In this document: positions 30,844 to 39,546 of the stretch, piece after piece
Position numbering within the stretch: the stretch's first letter is position 1
How the letters are laid out: the number at the start of each line of letters is the position of its first letter
Virus record (IMG/VR): IMGVR_UViG_3300024255_000002
Length of the DNA: 64,000 nucleotides
Strand: one strand, 5' to 3'
Source of the DNA: a virus
Made by a program: the position numbers and the translations under genes
Notes under the pieces: generated by a model
Seen by the model: only the letters and a program-made list of their open reading frames with translations
Told to the model about the DNA's origin: nothing
The model's database searches: none

Positions 30844-31272
30844 ATGACATTTGACGAGCTTCAGCTAATGGCTGAAAAAGATTTAAAAATAAACGATATT
30901 GAATTAGACATTGAGTCGCTTAAAACACCAGCACTCCATAACAAATATTCAAAATTTCACAATCAATACATTAATCTATTAAAAAAGGCCGAACAAGAGT
31001 TGGCAAGAGAGACAAGAGATAAGTGGGAATATTATACAGGCAAATCGGATCCGTCTGTGTATCAATTAAAACCTTTTAATCTAAAAGTACTAAAACAAGA
31101 TGTTGATAAGTATCTTAAATCAGACGAAGAAATAAATAAGTTAGAAGCAAAAGTAACTTATATTCAAAGTGTGGTTGATTACTTAGATAAGACAATTCGT
31201 ATTATTACAAATAGAACATTTCAAATTAAAAACGCAATCGACTGGAAAAAGTTTACATCTGGTGTTATCTAA
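30844..31272 (+). CDS. uvsY: recombination mediator UvsY
   Basis: 'LD.ESL..P.LH.KY', 'YY.GK', 'R.FQIKNAIDW.KF..G'. Confidence 0.92.
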   Translation: MTFDELQLMAEKDLKINDIELDIESLKTPALHNKYSKFHNQYINLLKKAEQELARETRDKWEYYTGKSDPSVYQLKPFNLKVLKQDVDKYLKSDEEINKLEAKVTYIQSVVDYLDKTIRIITNRTFQIKNAIDWKKFTSGVI

Positions 31273-32738
31273 TGTCAGAAATATTAGTTGATAAAATAGA
31301 TGATGTTTATTTGAGAGTAGATGCTGATGCTGATATTCGTAGAGAACTTTCACAGTATTTCTCGTTTGATGTTCCAGGTGCAAAATTCTCTCCACAGTTT
31401 AGAAATAGAGTTTGGGATGGTAAGATTAGACTCTATTCATATGCCACAGGACGTCTCTATGTTGGGTTGTTTCCATATCTTAAACACTGGTGTTCAGAAA
31501 AAGGTATAAAAATAACTGAACTTAACGAGATTCTTACACATAGGTCTCTCTCAGCCGCCTCTATACAAGAGTTGATCGAGGAGTATGGCATATCTATTAA
31601 ACCAAGAGATTATCAACTAGAGGCGTTTAAATTTGCATTAGAGAATGAAAGAGGTCTTATACTCTCTCCTACGGCATCGGGTAAGTCTTTAATTGCATAT
31701 ATGCTTACGAGGCATTATTTGAATTCAATAAACGACAAAGTCTTAATCATAGTACCCACTACATCACTTGTTGAACAACTATACAAAGACTTTAAAGATT
31801 ATGGTTATGATGTAGAAAATAATATTAGTAGAAAATATCACGGTTATGATATTGAAGATGATAAGAGAGTTGTCATATCAACTTGGCAATCTCTATACAA
31901 ATTACCTAAAAGTTTCTTTAATGGATTTGGTGCTGTAATAGGTGATGAAGCACACTTGTTCAAGGCAGTTTCATTAACAAAGATAATGACTAAATTAACT
32001 GATTGCAAATACAGAATAGGTATGACAGGAACTTTAGATGATAGTAAAACTCACAAACTTGTATTGCAAGGATTGTTTGGTCATGTAAACAAAGTTGTAT
32101 CAACAAAAGAATTAATAGATAGAAAACAATTATCAAATCTTAAAATTGTCGCACTCATTCTAAAACATAAAGAAGAAGATTGCAAAAAAGTTCACGGTGT
32201 AAAATACCATGAAGAATTAGAATTTATTGCTCAAAGTTCTGCTCGTAATAAATACATACGAAATTTAACCTTAGGACTAAATGGGAATACTTTATGTTTG
32301 TTTCAGTTAGTTGAAAAACATGGTGAGATTTTATATAATTTAATAAAAGAAAAAGCAGATCCAAATCGAAAAATATTTTTCGTTTATGGTGGAACAGAAA
32401 CAGATGATAGAGAAAAAATTAGAGCAATCACAGAAAAGTCGGACAACGCAATTATTGTCGCTTCTTTCGGGACCTTCAGCACTGGTATCAATATTCGTAA
32501 TTTACACAACATTGTTTTTAGTAGCCCTAGTAAAAGCCCTATAAGAATATTACAAAGTATCGGTAGAGGTTTAAGAAAAGGTGATAACAAAGATAGTGCC
32601 ACACTTTACGATATTGCTGATGATCTAAAGTTTAAAGACAAAGAGAACTTTACGCTGAACCATTTTAGAGAGCGGATAAATATTTACAGTAGGGAAGACT
32701 TTACTTATGAAATTCACAATATAGGTTTAGATAAATAA
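31272..32738 (+). CDS. uvsW: SF2 helicase UvsW
   Basis: 'WDGKIRL', SPTASGKS, DEAH, 'GTFSTGINI', 'QSIGRGLR'. Confidence 0.96.
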   Translation: MSEILVDKIDDVYLRVDADADIRRELSQYFSFDVPGAKFSPQFRNRVWDGKIRLYSYATGRLYVGLFPYLKHWCSEKGIKITELNEILTHRSLSAASIQELIEEYGISIKPRDYQLEAFKFALENERGLILSPTASGKSLIAYMLTRHYLNSINDKVLIIVPTTSLVEQLYKDFKDYGYDVENNISRKYHGYDIEDDKRVVISTWQSLYKLPKSFFNGFGAVIGDEAHLFKAVSLTKIMTKLTDCKYRIGMTGTLDDSKTHKLVLQGLFGHVNKVVSTKELIDRKQLSNLKIVALILKHKEEDCKKVHGVKYHEELEFIAQSSARNKYIRNLTLGLNGNTLCLFQLVEKHGEILYNLIKEKADPNRKIFFVYGGTETDDREKIRAITEKSDNAIIVASFGTFSTGINIRNLHNIVFSSPSKSPIRILQSIGRGLRKGDNKDSATLYDIADDLKFKDKENFTLNHFRERINIYSREDFTYEIHNIGLDK

Positions 32739-32742
32739 TTAT

Positions 32743-33207
32743 ATGACAAAAGAAACTCAAAAAGCAAAACCTCTTCAAGTTAAAATACTAAGATTGGTTA
32801 CAGGTGAAGAACTATGCTGTGTCATTCCAGATAAACAACTTTCGGTAAAATCTAATCTAGTTAGATTATTAGAACCAATGTTAATTAAATATATTCCTCA
32901 TATGACGGAACTAGGAGTTTCTGATTATATTGCGTTAGTTAAATGGGTTGGTTTTACTGATGACAAAATCATATCTATTCCAAAAGATAAAATTATTACT
33001 ATTGCAAATGCCACGGCGCCGTTTTCATTAAGGTATAAAAAACTAGTAGATACTGTTAACTCTAAGGAACAACAACTACCTGATTATGTTGAAAGGAATC
33101 TATCTGCTGATGAATATAAAAAGATGGATGCTAAAGAAGAACTACAAAAGGCACTTGATGATTTACATGAATCAGATACTTTAATGCCAAGTAAGAAGGT
33201 TCATTAG
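32743..33207 (+). CDS. conserved T4-like hypothetical protein (Sm-like 'RLVTGEEL' domain)
   Basis: Motif and position between uvsW and gp55. Confidence 0.65.
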   Translation: MTKETQKAKPLQVKILRLVTGEELCCVIPDKQLSVKSNLVRLLEPMLIKYIPHMTELGVSDYIALVKWVGFTDDKIISIPKDKIITIANATAPFSLRYKKLVDTVNSKEQQLPDYVERNLSADEYKKMDAKEELQKALDDLHESDTLMPSKKVH

Positions 33208-33242
33208 CTTTAAAGCATTCCCTGGTGAAACTGGACACCAGT

Positions 33243-33271
33243 ATTATAACACTAAGAATCGCATATGTCAA
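33243..33271 (-). promoter_or_regulatory. perfect sigma70 promoter on the minus strand
   Basis: Reverse complement reads TTGACA-tatgcgattcttagtgt(17)-TATAAT, with extended -10 TG. Confidence 0.75.
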
Positions 33272-33277
33272 GTACCT

Positions 33278-33457
33278 ATGGAAGAATTCTATAAACTAAC
33301 AATAACAAGAAATAATAAGGAAGAAGAAATGTACTATGGATATCTCTCTTATGACCAGATAATCTGTGATGTTGATATACTCTATGAAGATGGCGCTGAT
33401 GCCGTTGAAATGGAAATGATAACAGAGAAAGAGTTTGAAAAAGAGTTAGCTTATTGA
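33278..33457 (+). CDS. small acidic hypothetical protein (59 aa, absent from ORF track)
   Basis: MEEFYKLTITRNNKEEEMYYGYLSYDQIICDVDILYEDGADAVEMEMITEKEFEKELAY*; fills the gap before gp55. Confidence 0.55.
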   Translation: MEEFYKLTITRNNKEEEMYYGYLSYDQIICDVDILYEDGADAVEMEMITEKEFEKELAY

Positions 33458-33481
33458 CAAATACACAAAATAGTATATAAT
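33454..33481 (+). promoter_or_regulatory. sigma70-type promoter for gp55
   Basis: TTGACA 33454-59, 16 nt, TATAAT 33476-81; in-frame ATG at 33489. Confidence 0.6.
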
Positions 33482-33488
33482 GTATAAT

Positions 33489-34040
33489 ATGACTAGAACG
33501 AAAAAAAAACCAGAACATTATGTAGATAATAAATTATTTCTACAGGCAATGATCGAATATAAAGATAAATGCGATAAGGCAGATAAGTCAAAAAGAAAAC
33601 ATCCACCTGTAACTAATTATATTGGTGAATGTTTTTTAAAAATTGCTAATCATTTATCTTATAGACCAAATTTCATTAACTATACTTTTAGAGACGATAT
33701 GATATCTGATGGTATAGAGAACTGTTTACAATACCTTAGTAATTTCAATCCACAAAAATCAAATAACCCATTTGCTTATTTTACACAAATAATATATTAC
33801 GCTTTTATTAGAAGAATACAGAAAGAGAAAAAACAAGCAAGTATCAAATACAAGATGATTGAACAAGCAGGTATTGATGAATATGATACTCTACCAGGTG
33901 ATACTAATACTGAATACAAGAATCAGTTTTTAGAGTTTCTAAGAAAAAATAGGCCTAGTGAAGAACAACCTAAACCAAAAGAAATCAAAATCAGAAAAAG
34001 AAAAAGAAAAACTGCCGATATTAATTTAGAAGAAATTTAA
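33489..34040 (+). CDS. gp55: late-transcription sigma factor gp55
   Basis: 'HYVDNK.F', 'IGECF.KIA..LS.RPNF..Y', 'NPFAYFTQI...AF.RRI.KEK'; alternative start at 33480. Confidence 0.96.
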   Translation: MTRTKKKPEHYVDNKLFLQAMIEYKDKCDKADKSKRKHPPVTNYIGECFLKIANHLSYRPNFINYTFRDDMISDGIENCLQYLSNFNPQKSNNPFAYFTQIIYYAFIRRIQKEKKQASIKYKMIEQAGIDEYDTLPGDTNTEYKNQFLEFLRKNRPSEEQPKPKEIKIRKRKRKTADINLEEI

Positions 34041-34042
34041 TT

Positions 34043-35104
34043 ATGAAAATTGCAATGCTAAATGACACGCATTTTGGTGTCAGAAACGATAGTGAAGCGT
34101 TTAGAGAATATCAATTAAGATTTTACAATGAAATCTTTTTCCCATACCTACAAGAACATAAGATTAAAACACTTGTTCATTTAGGTGACGTAGTTGATAG
34201 AAGAAAGTTTATCAACTTTAATACTGCTTCTGTTTTTAGAAAACAGTTTTGGGATAGACTATATGAAGAACAAATTGATACGCATATTATAATAGGTAAC
34301 CACGATACTTATTATAAGAACACTAACGAAGTAAATGCAATTGAAAATCTTTATACTTCATTTGATAAAAAACACGAACCTTGGATATATACAAGACCAT
34401 CAGTTGTAGATTTTGATGGCACTAGTATATTGTTTATGCCTTGGATATGTGATGATACAAGAGAAGAGTCTATGAAGATGATAAATTCTGCCAAAGCAGA
34501 AATTGTAATGGGACACTTAGAGATCAAAGGTGTTGAAATGCAAAATGGCGTGATTAATGATCATGGTTTAAACAAATCAGATTTTAAAAGATTTGACAAA
34601 GTTATCTCTGGTCACTTTCATAAACATACAGATGATGGACAAATATATTACAATGGTGCTCAATATGAAATGACATGGTCAGATTATAAAGATCAAAAGG
34701 CATTTAATATATTTGATACAGAAACAAGAGAAATAACAAGAGTAAGCAATCCATTAACTATTCATAATAAAATAATCTATGATGATAAAAAAAATAACTA
34801 TGATAAGTTTGATTTAAATCCTTATCACAAACACTTTGTTAAACTTATTATACTTAATAAGACAGATGAGGAACAATTTGATAGACTTGTTAATAGATTA
34901 TATAAAGAAATACAAATACATGATTTAACAATACTAGAAGACTTTTCCGATATTAAAGCAAGTGTTAAAGATGAGGCACTAGATATGGGTGAAGACACCA
35001 TTACTTTTTTAAATAACTATGTAGATCAACTTGAAACAGATGTTGATAAACAAAAACTAAAAGAATATTTAAAATCTTTTTATGTAGAGGCAAACGATAG
35101 ATGA
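34043..35104 (+). CDS. gp47: recombination endonuclease subunit gp47 (Mre11/SbcD-like)
   Basis: DTHFG, LGD..DRR, GNHD, GH.H phosphoesterase motifs. Confidence 0.95.
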   Translation: MKIAMLNDTHFGVRNDSEAFREYQLRFYNEIFFPYLQEHKIKTLVHLGDVVDRRKFINFNTASVFRKQFWDRLYEEQIDTHIIIGNHDTYYKNTNEVNAIENLYTSFDKKHEPWIYTRPSVVDFDGTSILFMPWICDDTREESMKMINSAKAEIVMGHLEIKGVEMQNGVINDHGLNKSDFKRFDKVISGHFHKHTDDGQIYYNGAQYEMTWSDYKDQKAFNIFDTETREITRVSNPLTIHNKIIYDDKKNNYDKFDLNPYHKHFVKLIILNKTDEEQFDRLVNRLYKEIQIHDLTILEDFSDIKASVKDEALDMGEDTITFLNNYVDQLETDVDKQKLKEYLKSFYVEANDR

Positions 35105-36810
35105 TACAATTTCAAAAGATAAGATGGAAAAACTTTCTATCAACAGGTAATAATTTTATTGAAGTAGATTTAGAGAAATCAAAATCAACTTTGATTATAG
35201 GTGCCAATGGTTCTGGTAAGTCAACTTTATTAGACGCCTTATGTTATGTTTTATTTAATAGACCATACAGAAATATTAAAAAAGAACAACTTGTTAATAG
35301 CATAAATGACAATGATTGTGAAATAGAAATTGAGTTTATTGTTAATAGAAAGCAATACAAAGTTGTTAGGGGTATTAAACCAAACAAGTTTGAGATTTAT
35401 TGCAATGGTGATTTAATAGACCAAGACGCTTCTGCTGTAGATTATCAAAAGTCTTTAGAAGAAAATATATTAAAATGTAACTATCGTGCTTTTTCTCAAA
35501 CAGTAATACTTGGCTCTTCTTCTTATGAACCATTTATGAAAATGAGAGCTCGATATAGACGAGAAGTTGTTGAAGAAATATTAGACATAAGAGTCTTTAG
35601 TCACATGGATCTTTTAATTAGACAAAAACAAACCGAACTAACAAAAGCTGTTGTTGATGTAAAACATAGATATGAATTGTTAGGTGAAAAATATGAATTA
35701 CAGAAAAAACATTTTGAGCAAATACAAAATAGAGATAATACAGATATAGAAGATAAAAAGAAACAGTTAAAAGAAAATGAAGTTAGTAACTATGAGTATA
35801 ACCAGAAATTACAGTTACTCAATGAAAAAATTATATCAACAAAATCTGAAATATGGGGTGGTGAGAAACATACTCAAAAATCAAATGAACTGGCAAAACT
35901 AGAAGCAAAGATTGAAACAAATTTATCAAATCACAAAAGAACTTTAGACTTTTTTCAAAACAATGATACATGCAACACATGTACACAACCAATAGATAAA
36001 AATTTTAAATTAAAAAAGATAAATGAAGAGGCACAGAAAATATCAGACTTAGAAACAGGCCTACAAGATTTAGAAAAAGAGATCAATAAAACAGATGAGA
36101 GAATAACTGAATACAAAGAAATAGAAAAAAGACTTAATAAGTTAAATCTATCTGTTGCTAAAATCAATACTTCTATTTCAGAAATCAATAGACACTCAAA
36201 TAGATTAGATATAGAGATTGCAAAACTAAATGGTGAAACAGATTCAACAAATAATGTTGCTGAACAAATAGAACAACTTAGAGTAGATTTAGAACAAGTA
36301 GGTGTTGAAAAGGATAAAATGATAGAGAAGAAGAAATACATTGATATTGCCAGAGAAATATTAAATGATACAGGAGTTAAGGCAAATATTATTAAAAAAT
36401 ATATACCTATAATGAATGGCCTTATTAATAAATTTTTAAGATCAATGGACTTCTTTGTGAATTTTCATTTAAACGAAGAATTTGAAGAAACAATCAAAAG
36501 TAGATTTAGAGATACCTTTGCATATAATAGTTTTAGTGAAGGTGAAAAACTAAGAATAGACTTGTCACTTTTATTTACTTGGCGTGAGATTGCCAAAATG
36601 AAAAACAGTACAAATACTAACCTATTAATATTAGATGAGATATTTGATTCTAGTTTAGATGGTCAAGGAACAGATGATTTTTTTAGAATATTAAAAAGTA
36701 TAACAGATCAAAATGCCTTTATTATATCGCATAAGGGGGATATACTATTTGATAAGTTTACAAATATAATGAAATTCGAAAAGGTGAACAATTTTTCAAC
36801 AATGAGTTAG
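35101..36810 (+). CDS. gp46: recombination ATPase gp46 (Rad50/SbcC-like)
   Basis: GANGSGKST; CNTC zinc hook; FSEGEK; LILDE. Confidence 0.96.
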   Translation: MIQFQKIRWKNFLSTGNNFIEVDLEKSKSTLIIGANGSGKSTLLDALCYVLFNRPYRNIKKEQLVNSINDNDCEIEIEFIVNRKQYKVVRGIKPNKFEIYCNGDLIDQDASAVDYQKSLEENILKCNYRAFSQTVILGSSSYEPFMKMRARYRREVVEEILDIRVFSHMDLLIRQKQTELTKAVVDVKHRYELLGEKYELQKKHFEQIQNRDNTDIEDKKKQLKENEVSNYEYNQKLQLLNEKIISTKSEIWGGEKHTQKSNELAKLEAKIETNLSNHKRTLDFFQNNDTCNTCTQPIDKNFKLKKINEEAQKISDLETGLQDLEKEINKTDERITEYKEIEKRLNKLNLSVAKINTSISEINRHSNRLDIEIAKLNGETDSTNNVAEQIEQLRVDLEQVGVEKDKMIEKKKYIDIAREILNDTGVKANIIKKYIPIMNGLINKFLRSMDFFVNFHLNEEFEETIKSRFRDTFAYNSFSEGEKLRIDLSLLFTWREIAKMKNSTNTNLLILDEIFDSSLDGQGTDDFFRILKSITDQNAFIISHKGDILFDKFTNIMKFEKVNNFSTMS

Positions 36811-36820
36811 GAGATAAAAT

Positions 36821-37369
36821 ATGATATATGAATTATTACCACCAACTGATCCAAGAGTGCTTTCAAGTGTTGCACTTTTTGATATAGAGGTATTTAAAAA
36901 AGAAGAAAAGGTAGAACTAAAAGAGTTTATAGATAATATGTTTTCCACTATGAAGAACTACGGTGGTATAGGCCTATCAGCAAATCAAGTTGGTAAACCA
37001 TATCGTATGTTTGTTATGGGTGGCCATGCAGATATATCAAAAGGTAAAAAGTGGACTTGTATCAATCCTGAAGTTGTTGAGTTTAGTAAAGAGACAGTTA
37101 GATACAAAGAAGGATGCTTAACTTTTCCATTTCTATTCTTAGATATAGAAAGACCTAGATTAATAAAAGTAAAATATCTAAATGAAAAACTAGAAACAGT
37201 TGAAGAAACATTTGATGGTTTAGTTAGTAGATGTTATCAACATGAATTAGATCATATGCATGGATCAGTTTTTACAGAAAAAGTTACTAAGTTTAAATTA
37301 GATAGAGCAATAGCAAAAAGAACTAAAGAAATAAAAAGAGTAGAAAAATTATGGCAACAAAAGTCTTAA
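36821..37369 (+). CDS. def: peptide deformylase
   Basis: GIGLSANQVG, EGCLTFP, QHELDH. Confidence 0.93.
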   Translation: MIYELLPPTDPRVLSSVALFDIEVFKKEEKVELKEFIDNMFSTMKNYGGIGLSANQVGKPYRMFVMGGHADISKGKKWTCINPEVVEFSKETVRYKEGCLTFPFLFLDIERPRLIKVKYLNEKLETVEETFDGLVSRCYQHELDHMHGSVFTEKVTKFKLDRAIAKRTKEIKRVEKLWQQKS

Positions 37370-37962
37370 AAGAACTAGATTTACCTGAATATAAACAGCC
37401 ATTAGATAAAGCTATAAAATTTTTAGATAATCTATCATATTCGGCAGTAAAAACAAAATATAATGCAAAGGGTGATTGGGATGCTGTATCTATAAAAGGA
37501 TATAGTGATGACATAGGTAACATCTTAAAACCAGGTGTGCTAAAGTCAGATGTAGAGTCAGCAGAATTAAGATGGACAAGTCTATATGAAGAATCTGATC
37601 TATTACCTTTAAAGGAAATACTATCTCATATACCAGCAGAGTTTGAACGTGTAAGAGTTATGAGATTAAAAGCAGGTACAACTATAAAGAAACATACAGA
37701 CAAAATAGATAAAGAAATAAAACAAGGCAAGATTGTTAGATTACATGTGCCTTTAAGAACAAATAACAACGTGCATTTTTATCTATGGGAAGGCAAAGAT
37801 CAATATCACTTTAATTTAGAAGTTGGTAAATATTATTATGTAGATGTATCAAAGGCACATGCTGTACACAATAAGGCAGATATGGATAGACTACATTTAG
37901 TTATAGATTGTTATAATAATGATAAATTAAAAAACTTAATGAAACAGGTAGATGAACAATGA
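37351..37962 (+). CDS. aspartyl/asparaginyl beta-hydroxylase-like 2OG-Fe(II) oxygenase
   Basis: 'R.RVM.L..G..I..HTD', 'RLHVPL', 'HAVHN....RLHLVID'. Confidence 0.8.
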   Translation: MATKVLKELDLPEYKQPLDKAIKFLDNLSYSAVKTKYNAKGDWDAVSIKGYSDDIGNILKPGVLKSDVESAELRWTSLYEESDLLPLKEILSHIPAEFERVRVMRLKAGTTIKKHTDKIDKEIKQGKIVRLHVPLRTNNNVHFYLWEGKDQYHFNLEVGKYYYVDVSKAHAVHNKADMDRLHLVIDCYNNDKLKNLMKQVDEQ

Positions 37963-38393
37963 TTTTTGCAGAGCAATCAGATTTTGATAAAATAAAGTCA
38001 ATTTTCTATAAACATAGAAAGTGGTTTCCTCATGTTAGGACAGATTACATGATGAGAATGATTGGTAAAAAACAACTTATATTAGAAGACGGTGTGCTTA
38101 TAACCTTTCATCATTGTAAAAGAAGACAAAAGATAGGTGATGTACAATTAACAGTAGGTGATACTGTATTACATCAAATTGCAAGTGATTCGCCTGGTTC
38201 TGGTAATGCTCAATCTGTTCTTAATAACTTTTTTGAACACTGCCCAAAAGACGTGTTTTTATCAGTAAGAGCTGACAACTTGACAGCCAACGCATTTTAT
38301 GTTAAAATGAATATGAATTTAATCGGTACCACAAGTTGGTCAAAAGGTACAATACCTGGGAATGTATATGTCAAACACAAAAGAAGTAATTAA
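37959..38393 (+). CDS. GNAT-family acetyltransferase-like protein
   Basis: 'LHQIA....GSG.A', 'LSVRADN..AN.FY.KM.M'. Confidence 0.7.
   Translation: MIFAEQSDFDKIKSIFYKHRKWFPHVRTDYMMRMIGKKQLILEDGVLITFHHCKRRQKIGDVQLTVGDTVLHQIASDSPGSGNAQSVLNNFFEHCPKDVFLSVRADNLTANAFYVKMNMNLIGTTSWSKGTIPGNVYVKHKRSN
38280..38308 (+). promoter_or_regulatory. sigma70 promoter embedded in the GNAT gene, upstream of the methyltransferase
   Basis: TTGACA-17-TAAAAT with extended TG. Confidence 0.55.
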
Positions 38394-39447
38394 AGACTGG
38401 AAAGAAAATAAAGGATTTCCTTATTACCCAACAGATAAGAAATGGAGGGATGATAAGTATAAACAACTTTTATCTTTTAAAAGAGATACCATATTAGATA
38501 GACAACATAAAGTCATAGGTCAATCAGCTCATGGTTTAAATCTTGCATGGTCTTTTATGAAACATTCCTGGGGCATTCAATGTGGCAAAATGAAAACACC
38601 TATGCAAGTATGGAATGACGAAGAACATTTAGAAAAAGGTATAAACAAAATACTTACAGGAACATTCTTTAAACAAAAGAAACCACACGAAATAACAGAC
38701 TCAGATATGAGATCAATGTTAAGAAGATATAGTGGCACTCAAATGGTTTCTAATTTTAGACCCACAGCGGCCGCAACTTTATATGATATATTTGTTGATA
38801 AAGATTCACCATTAGAGGGTACAACTGCTGGTACTGTATGGGATCCTAGTATGGGTTATGGTGGTCGTTTATTAGGTGCAATTGCAGCTGGTGTAAATTA
38901 TATAGGAACTGATCCGTGTGTTCCTACTTATGAGGGGTTAGAACAAATAAGAGACGCATATGCTCATACTGATAAATCATATACCTTATTAAGACAAGGT
39001 AGTGAAACTTATAATCCCGAAGAAGAAAGTTTAGATTTTGTATTTACAAGTCCACCATACTTTGGTTGGGAAGCATATGGTGATGAACCAGAACAATCAA
39101 GTATTAAATTCAGTAATAGTGATTTGTGGAAAGAAGGATTTTTAAGACAGACTATTAAAAATGCATATAAGGGATTAAAGAAAGGTAAAAAACTTGCTTT
39201 AAACGTTGCAAATACAAAACAATATAAAACATTTGAAGAAGATACACACGATCTAATGGTTGATGAAGGATTTAAAGATATGCAAATATGGTGGTTATCA
39301 TTATCAACACAACAAGGTGCCTCAATACAATCTACACTAGAAGGCACAGAAACAGAAAAAAAACAATCACAGAAATACATAGGGCGATTCGCAAGACCTG
39401 ACATTTCAGGTAGAAAATTCGAACCAATATTCATAGGAACCAAGTAA
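38362..39447 (+). CDS. amino (N6A/N4C) DNA methyltransferase
   Basis: SAM motif 'VWDPSMGYGGRL.G', catalytic 'FTSPPY'. Confidence 0.8.
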   Translation: MYMSNTKEVIKDWKENKGFPYYPTDKKWRDDKYKQLLSFKRDTILDRQHKVIGQSAHGLNLAWSFMKHSWGIQCGKMKTPMQVWNDEEHLEKGINKILTGTFFKQKKPHEITDSDMRSMLRRYSGTQMVSNFRPTAAATLYDIFVDKDSPLEGTTAGTVWDPSMGYGGRLLGAIAAGVNYIGTDPCVPTYEGLEQIRDAYAHTDKSYTLLRQGSETYNPEEESLDFVFTSPPYFGWEAYGDEPEQSSIKFSNSDLWKEGFLRQTIKNAYKGLKKGKKLALNVANTKQYKTFEEDTHDLMVDEGFKDMQIWWLSLSTQQGASIQSTLEGTETEKKQSQKYIGRFARPDISGRKFEPIFIGTK

Positions 39448-39457
39448 AAAATCAAGT

Positions 39458-39472
39458 GTTCTTGTTTTGTTC
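39458..39472 (+). promoter_or_regulatory. alphaproteobacterial LexA (SOS) box GTTC-N7-GTTC
   Basis: gttc-ttgtttt-gttc in intergenic DNA, 36 nt upstream of a -35 box. Confidence 0.65.
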
Positions 39473-39496
39473 TTATTAAAACCCAATAAAATCAAC

Positions 39497-39537
39497 AAAA
39501 ATAAGTGCTTGACTTTTACATCAAAATACGGTAGCAT
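39497..39537 (+). promoter_or_regulatory. early sigma70 promoter of the cobT-like gene
   Basis: aaaataagtgc-TTGACT-17-TAGCAT; 19-bp core shared with the promoter at ~41710-41749. Confidence 0.7.
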
Positions 39538-39546
39538 ATACAGTAT

